From NCBI GenBank assembly GCA_977017645.1, contig OZ360241.1, positions 61,318,001 to 61,382,000 on the forward strand: DNA of 64,000 nucleotides, given 5' to 3'. The translations under genes and the position numbers were made by a program. A model generated the notes under the pieces. That model ran no database searches and was not told the DNA's origin. It saw only the letters and a list, made by a program, of their open reading frames with translations. Below, one piece after another: positions 57,647 to 64,000 of this stretch; the stretch's first letter is position 1, and each line of letters begins with the position of its first letter. The DNA is from Torpedo marmorata. Taxonomy: Eukaryota.

Positions 57647-59385
57647 CATGGGGTCTGTGGAACGGACATAGCAACTCTTTTTTTTTGTCTCTGGTCTGGA
57701 AGCACACCAGGTAGGGCTTCGGAGGCTGGGCCCCTGGGATCGGGGAGGGGAGGGATTTTTTTTGGGGGGGGGGGTGGATTCTGGGGTATGGCCTGAGGCA
57801 GCCTCTACCGTTGGCGACCGGACATTAAAAACACTGCGGTGAATTTTCCCTCCCCAGGGCGAGGAGAGGGTTTTAAGAAAAAATTAACGAACCCCCATCG
57901 CTGACGAGCATAGAGGTGTCCCACGGAGCCGGCGAGAGGGCGAGCGGACACGAGTAAGCAGACACCCCCCCCCCCCGTGAAACGAACGTGGGAAGCGAGA
58001 GGAAGTGGTTATACTTTTCCATTTTACATTGTAAAGTAGTTGCGACAAAACTGAAGAGTGGGTGCGCGCTCTCCGGAGGAACGGGGCGACAGGACTGCCA
58101 GGTGGACTGCAAGGTGTTAAAGCGATGGATTGTGGTGCTGAGGCCAACACTGGAAGGAGAGATCATAAATCAGATGCCTTTTCAATCGAATAAGAAACAG
58201 TCAGTACCGAAACGGGACTTTTATTTGAATGCAGAAAAAGTTTCAAAGGTTCCATCGATCCTTTTTTTTTAAGAAATGCAAGTGATCTGTATTTTTCCTA
58301 AATGAATATTTTTAGATTTTTTTTACACAATTTGCCTTTATGTGAACTGTGATCTGGAGTTATGACTGCTACACTTGTGTGCATATGGGTGCGAATATCC
58401 GTTGTTCTGTGTGTGCGCAAATGTATGTGTCTCCCTGTGCTTGGCCATGTGTATCCATGAAAAGTGTCTTCTTTGTCCGTGTGTGTGAGAGAGAGAGAGA
58501 GTATCAGTGTCTGTGTGTGCGTGCGCGTCAGTCTCCAACGACTGTGTGTGTGAGAGGGCGGCGAAGGAGTATCCAGTTAAATTGTGGTTTTATCCTCGGC
58601 TCTCGCCGCATCATCAAAAAAATCTACAGTAATTTCTACACAACACCACCCAGCATTCCGGAACTGAGGGAGGAGTGACACAATCGGGGCGGGTGTGCAT
58701 AGCATAAATGAAATATTATTGCTGTGGATGTCGAGGGTGGGGAAGGAAGGGTTCCGGGAGAGGCGGGCGACACCGTAACCCCGTCGCGATACTTTTGAGG
58801 AAAATGATCCGGAGGAGTGCGAAGACTCACTGCCATTAGCATCGAGACAACCCCAGTTTCTATCCCGGGATATTGTCTGACCCGCTGAGTCTGTCCCTCC
58901 AGGTTCTCTGTTCGCTGGAGAGTAAGAGCTTGATTTGCAATCCTGTGTCTGCCGGGGCTTCTGATGGGAGTCGGATATACACACGAATGCGGCGGTTGAT
59001 TGATAATAAGACTCTCCGAGGTACAGTGGAACGTGATCACAAAAAGAGGGACTGAGATGCGATGGTCCCGACACGGGATCGCAGTGGCTATTTAACATTA
59101 TAAATATCATGGCTTGGACCTGGCCTCTCTGACCCACGCTTGTGTTTCTGCTCCTTGCCAGCCAACCCCACCCCCCACAGCTCCTCCTAATCCTTCCCTC
59201 CTCTTCATCCAGTTTCCCCTAAAATCTATCTCAGCTGCTCAGAGTGTGGCAATGAATTCTACATCTGGGAGATCCTCCAGCTCCAGCGGGGAGATTTTTT
59301 GTTGCTGCAACTTCCAGCATCTGCACTCTCTCCCGTCTGCATCGCTCTTGGTCGGGGGGGGGGGTGGTGGGGGTGGTAAGAAGTG

Positions 59386-59525
59386 GGGGCGGCACGGTTG
59401 GGGTGGGTTTTCCCCGGGGGCTCCGGTTTCCTCCCACCCTTCAAAACGTACCGGGGATTGTAGGTTAATTGGATGTAATTGGGCCAGAAGGGTCTGTTAC
59501 CGTGCTGTTTGTCGAAAAGTTTTTT
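59386..59525 (+). mobile_element. V-SINE with internal deletion of most of the tRNA head
   Basis: ggcggcacggtt joined directly to the V-domain. Confidence 0.75.
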
Positions 59526-61309
59526 AAATGTCACTTCTGCCTTTAAGGGCCCGTGAGACGAATGGACTTTGGTGCCACTTATACTTTCCCCATCGACCCC
59601 ATTCAAAAATATTGAGGGCTGTCAACCTGTCCGATCCTTTCTGTGAAATACAGTCACCAGTAAGTACCCTTAACGGAATGGAGACCAGATCTGATCACAG
59701 ATGGTCTATAGAGCAGCCTCATTGCCGTCGGCTCAAAGCAGAATCCATCTCGCGTTGGAAGGTGAAGCCATGCAGTGAAAGCTGACCATACGGACGCCTG
59801 TTCTACATCCCCAGCCGTGCTTCCGAAGGAGGAGGGGCATTTGATGCTGCTTTAGTAGTCCGCCTCCCATTCGCCCCGCACCCAATCTCAAATCGCGTTG
59901 GGCCCTTTTAAAACGCTTCCATTTTGTCGAAACCAGATCCTCACTCCACCTGTTAACATCATTCCAACCCCCTGACCGAGATCTCGCCCAACAGTTCTGC
60001 TGGAACTCGCTACCTACCAATCAGGCTGCTGATGTGCAGAGGCAGGGTTGCGGGACGGACAGTAGGGTTAGTCTGGGTGGGCTGAATGGCCTTCCGCAGC
60101 GATGGGAATTTCTATGATTGTAGAGGCGCTGTCTCAGCGATGCCGTTTCGATCCTGACCGCCGGCACTGTCTGTGTGGAGTTTGCACCTTTCTCCCCGCA
60201 CCCCCCCGCCCCCCCAACCCATGTGGATTTCTCTCGCGGGGTTCGCTTGTCCCATCCACCTGCAGGTGCCTCTAATGTGCACATGAACCTGGGAACCAAC
60301 GTGGGAAGAAAAAAATGGGATCAGTCTGAATGGGTCGGCACGGACACGATGGGCCGAAGGGCCTCCTGTTTCCATGCTTCCTGGGCCCTTCGTGCAGCTC
60401 CCTCCTGGGATCCATCGCGCCCGTTTCTTTCTCGATCAAGATCCGAAGAGCAGCCCGGGAACGCGGGCCGAAGTGCCTGGAAACCTGGGTGCAGAGTCCG
60501 AGGGAGCGGGAAGGAACCGCACGGCCGCAAGGAGACCAGAAAGAGGGCAGAGCACCGTGAAGCGGCGAGAGGAGACCCAAGGCCGGGGTAAGGGTGTTAG
60601 GAGTGCAGTCTACCCCTAATTCCGGGATCCAAGCAGTTTGCATTCCAGGGGGGGGTTCGCTGGGCTCCATCACCCACTGCTAGGCTTCCAGCGCTCGGGC
60701 AGGTCTGCATCCCCGGAGTCAGGGCAGAAGGGGAAATATTTCCACTCCCGCTATTTCAGGTCTTTGTTTTTTTGTGGAGTGTCAGCCGATGTAACCTTGC
60801 GCTTCGGGTAAATGAACGGCCAAGGAAATGGTGGGTGGGGTACACTGTAGAGAAAGGTTTAGTGGCGACACAGGAAGGGAAGGTGCATTCAGATAATGGG
60901 TGTTCAGACGGATCAGGGTGTGCACAGGACAAGCTAACGAAAGTGCTGCAAGCAGGTCTGATGAAGGGTCTTCCATAAACTCTTTTCCATTTGTTGCTGA
61001 ATATTTCCAGCATTTATTTCAGATTTCCGGCATCTGCAGTTTATTCTATTTCGGCTCCCTGCAAGTTAACGCGATTAGAAAGGCAAAGCGGGACCTTGAC
61101 TTTGTTGCAAGAGGATTTCAGTGCATGAATTGCCAGTTTCACGGAGACCACGCCATAGTTCAAAGAAGGAGTGCCCAAAGTTAGTTATAGTGTATGGTGA
61201 ATCTCGGTGTGAATTCACTTCAATGCTTATGATAGAATTGGAGCATGTTACATTGAAATAGGGTAACTCTCACAATGTTATGTTGGGAAGCACAACATGA
61301 GAACATAAG

Positions 61310-61600
61310 AAAGAACCTATGAAATAGGAGCAGCTGGCCTGAGGAGCATGCTCCACCATTTCCTATGATCAGGGCTGATCTCGCCCTGGGCTCAGCTCCA
61401 CCCACCTGCCTTTTCCCCATAACCCTTAATTTCCCAACTATGCAAGAATCTACCTAACATTGCCTTAAAATATATTTAATGAGGCAGCCTGTCCTTGGGC
61501 AGAGAATTCCACTCTCCGGGAAAAGCAATTCCTCCCATCTCTGTCCTAATTATACTCCCCCGAATTGTGAGGCTTCGTCCCCCAGTTCTAGTCTCAAGGT
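61310..61600 (-). mobile_element. CR1 3' fragment
   Basis: cataagaa..catatgaaataggagcag-type end. Confidence 0.6.
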
Positions 61601-62339
61601 TAGCCTTTACAAGGGAGCTGAATAAGTATATGTAATAAAACAATGGCAGAGGAATGGGATTATTCACGGAGCCGATACAGCCATTGGGTTGAATGACCTC
61701 TTGTACTGGGGTCGGCACCAGAACGAGTGTTAGAGGGGGGCATTAGGGTGGAGAGTCACTAACGTGCGACAAGCTAGACGCTAGTGACGGGGGCGGGTCT
61801 GACCGTGAGCGTTGGCCGCGAGTGTATGGGGGGGGGGGCAATGCTGACTCTGTACTGCAACCATTTTGATCTTCTGTGAATGTCCTTTGAGGCCTATTGG
61901 AGAGAGATATCACTATGGTGGATCTCAGTTGGTGACATCTCTCAATTCACCAGCAGGATAACTTCATGGTCCTCTCCCAGACCAATATCCACAGCACTGA
62001 GAATCGCTTTGCACTCAGTCAGCTTGGAATGGCAGGCCATATTGTTTACATACCTGACCTAAGATTTATGAAACGAACACTCTATTTCGGGTTCCATTGT
62101 AGGAGGACAGAGGAAAACTTACAGGATATTCCCAAAACTTCCTTGAAGAAATGCAACAGAACACGAGAAGATATGAGCATCACCTGACCCCTCTCTTGCC
62201 TGTCTCTTCAGTGCAAGTTCACCATCGCTCTCAATTCCCTAACCTTTTAAAAGAAATACATTTTCCCCTCTTTAACTACCACCAATGAGCTAGCCATCTA
62301 CACTGACTCATGGGATTCCCTGACCATGATGCTCTAAGT

Positions 62340-62487
62340 CAGTGGTTCTCAACCTTTCTTTTTCACTCACCACCACCTTAAGTAATCCCTTACTAAGCAC
62401 AGAGCATCTATGCCATAGGTGCTCTGTGGTTAGTAAAGGATTACTTAAGGTGGTATGTGAGTGGGAAAAAAAAGTTGAGAACCACTG
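62340..62487. mobile_element. Palindromic monomer of the composite hAT MITE family
   Basis: CAGTGGTTCTCAAC TIRs, TSD ctct(a/c)agt, self-complementary throughout. Confidence 0.85.
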
Positions 62488-63223
62488 CTCTCAGTGGAGA
62501 AGGAACATTGGGGTTTTGTGCACACAAGGCCCATGTAAACAGTGGAGGGAGTTCACCACCTCACAAACTACCCATCCACCTGTCCTATGAGGCATTTCCT
62601 CCGTCCATCCTAATACCCCATCTCCGAAATAAAAAGCTTAGCCAATGGGTTCAGTTTATCTGCAGGATTGACCAAGGCACAAATATTGCCCCAAGGTATT
62701 TAGGGAACAGGTTATTAGTGAAAGGAAATGCCTGCTTACACAAGGGGGATATCAATCAGCAGAAGAGGAGTGGAATGGAGTCAGTTTCACGATCACTTGG
62801 TTAATGCATAATGTCCTTACCTTTTTTTAAAGCTGTAATTATTTATTTGTTCTCATCGAGTCACTGTGTATGATTCTAACTAAACTCACTATTTAATCTC
62901 GTCTGTACTGTAGCATTATTCTTGAAGGAGCGGTATGTCCTGTGTCAAGGTCTGATTTATAGTATTTGTAATATGCAGTATTGGATGTAATATATGCATA
63001 TAACAGTCCATATAAAGTTTTCAATAATATTTCCAATGTACTTGTGTTGTTTCTCTACTTTCATGCTAACACTGTACAATGTTTTAACTCCCCCATTTGA
63101 CAATGCCTTGATTTAAGTTCTTGTTTTCAAATTTCACCAAGGCCTCAGCCCTCTTGACCTCTGTAAATTTCCATCATCCTTGAGATTTCCGTTCTCCACA
63201 TTCTGGCCTGGTGCACATCTCTT

Positions 63224-63818
63224 TTTTTAAAAAAAATATTTTATTTAAAATTTTTAAATCACACAGTACACAGTTTAAAATGCAAATTTCTCAAATTACA
63301 TGTGATACGTTTTCACCCCCCCCTCCCTCCCTCCCCTCCCTAACCCTCCCGAAAAGAAAGAAAGAAGAAGAAAAAGATAGAGTAAGGAGAATGTCAATCT
63401 AAAAAGAACAACTATAAACTGATTTTATTGTGGAGGATAGGTTCGCCAGTCAGATCCGATGTCCAGAGATCTTCAAATCCTTAAACCAACAGTTTTTATA
63501 TATGGGCTCCATACTTTCAAAAAGAAATGATATTTATCACGTAAATTATATGTATTTTTTTCGAGTGGTATACATGAACACAATTCTGCATGCCATCTTT
63601 CCAACCCTAAATCTACATCCGACTTCCATGTAATGGCAATACATTTCTTAGAAACGGCTAAAGCAATACGCAAAAATTCTGTCTGATACATATTTAATTT
63701 CACTTTAACACTGGTTCCTTCAATATCTCCAAACAAAAATATCATAGGATCCATTGGGAGTGTAACTTCCAATACCCTATCCAAAAACTTTTTAACCTTC
63801 AACCAAAAATCATACACT
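63224..63818 (-). mobile_element. L1-clade LINE 3' fragment
   Basis: ORF2 C-terminus (KKCIAITWK...PLEK...FLKVWSPY); 17-bp TSD cctggtg(c/t)acatctctt. Confidence 0.85.
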
Positions 63819-64000
63819 CCTGGTGTACATCTCTTCATTTTACTCTCTCTCTGCCAGTGGCTGCAATGGCATCAATGCCAAAATCTTAGGCTCTGGAATC
63901 TCCAGCTCTCTCTCCACTGTAGGACACTCCTTAAAATCTATTTCTTCGAAGTATTTCTTGATCATGTTTTCCAATATCTTCTTGTACAGCATGGAGTCAA

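Noticed and set aside
1-64000. CRISPR array, prokaryotic operon or viral insert
   Set aside because: No repeat-spacer array or gene-dense segment; the long ORFs are LINE-derived, PDE4 exons or low-complexity.

Overview
Eukaryotic genomic DNA, not prokaryotic. The repeat content (HE1/V-SINE-like SINEs, DeuSINE remnants, CR1, Rex1/Babar, L1/Tx1, RTE, Penelope-like elements, hAT and Tc/mariner MITEs) suggests a cartilaginous fish, probably a ray (inference). One host gene spans the window on the + strand: a cAMP phosphodiesterase 4, best read as PDE4C. I could trace 14 consecutive GT-AG exons from 1605 to 57646 with matching phases (2023 nt, about 673 aa). The isoform-specific first exon is missing and presumably lies upstream. 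Notable points in the gene: RRGSF replaces the invariant RRESF PKA motif; a candidate in-frame CCCC-bearing exon lies at about 10.2-10.4 kb; a PDE4B2/D1-like short-form leader has an out-of-frame MKE start and an in-frame MGxxxS start; inhibitor-pocket residues are altered; the FQF motif is lost; and the 50-nt linker exon sits inside nested inverted LINE pairs. Notable points in the introns: a 5S-rRNA-headed SINE shares a structured Rex-like tail with a YY1-headed non-autonomous element; Penelope-derived fold-back elements carry minimal hammerhead motifs; and a composite two-unit hAT MITE carries a 112-bp passenger. All calls were made by eye. Exon and TSD boundaries were counted; boundaries of old repeats are approximate.
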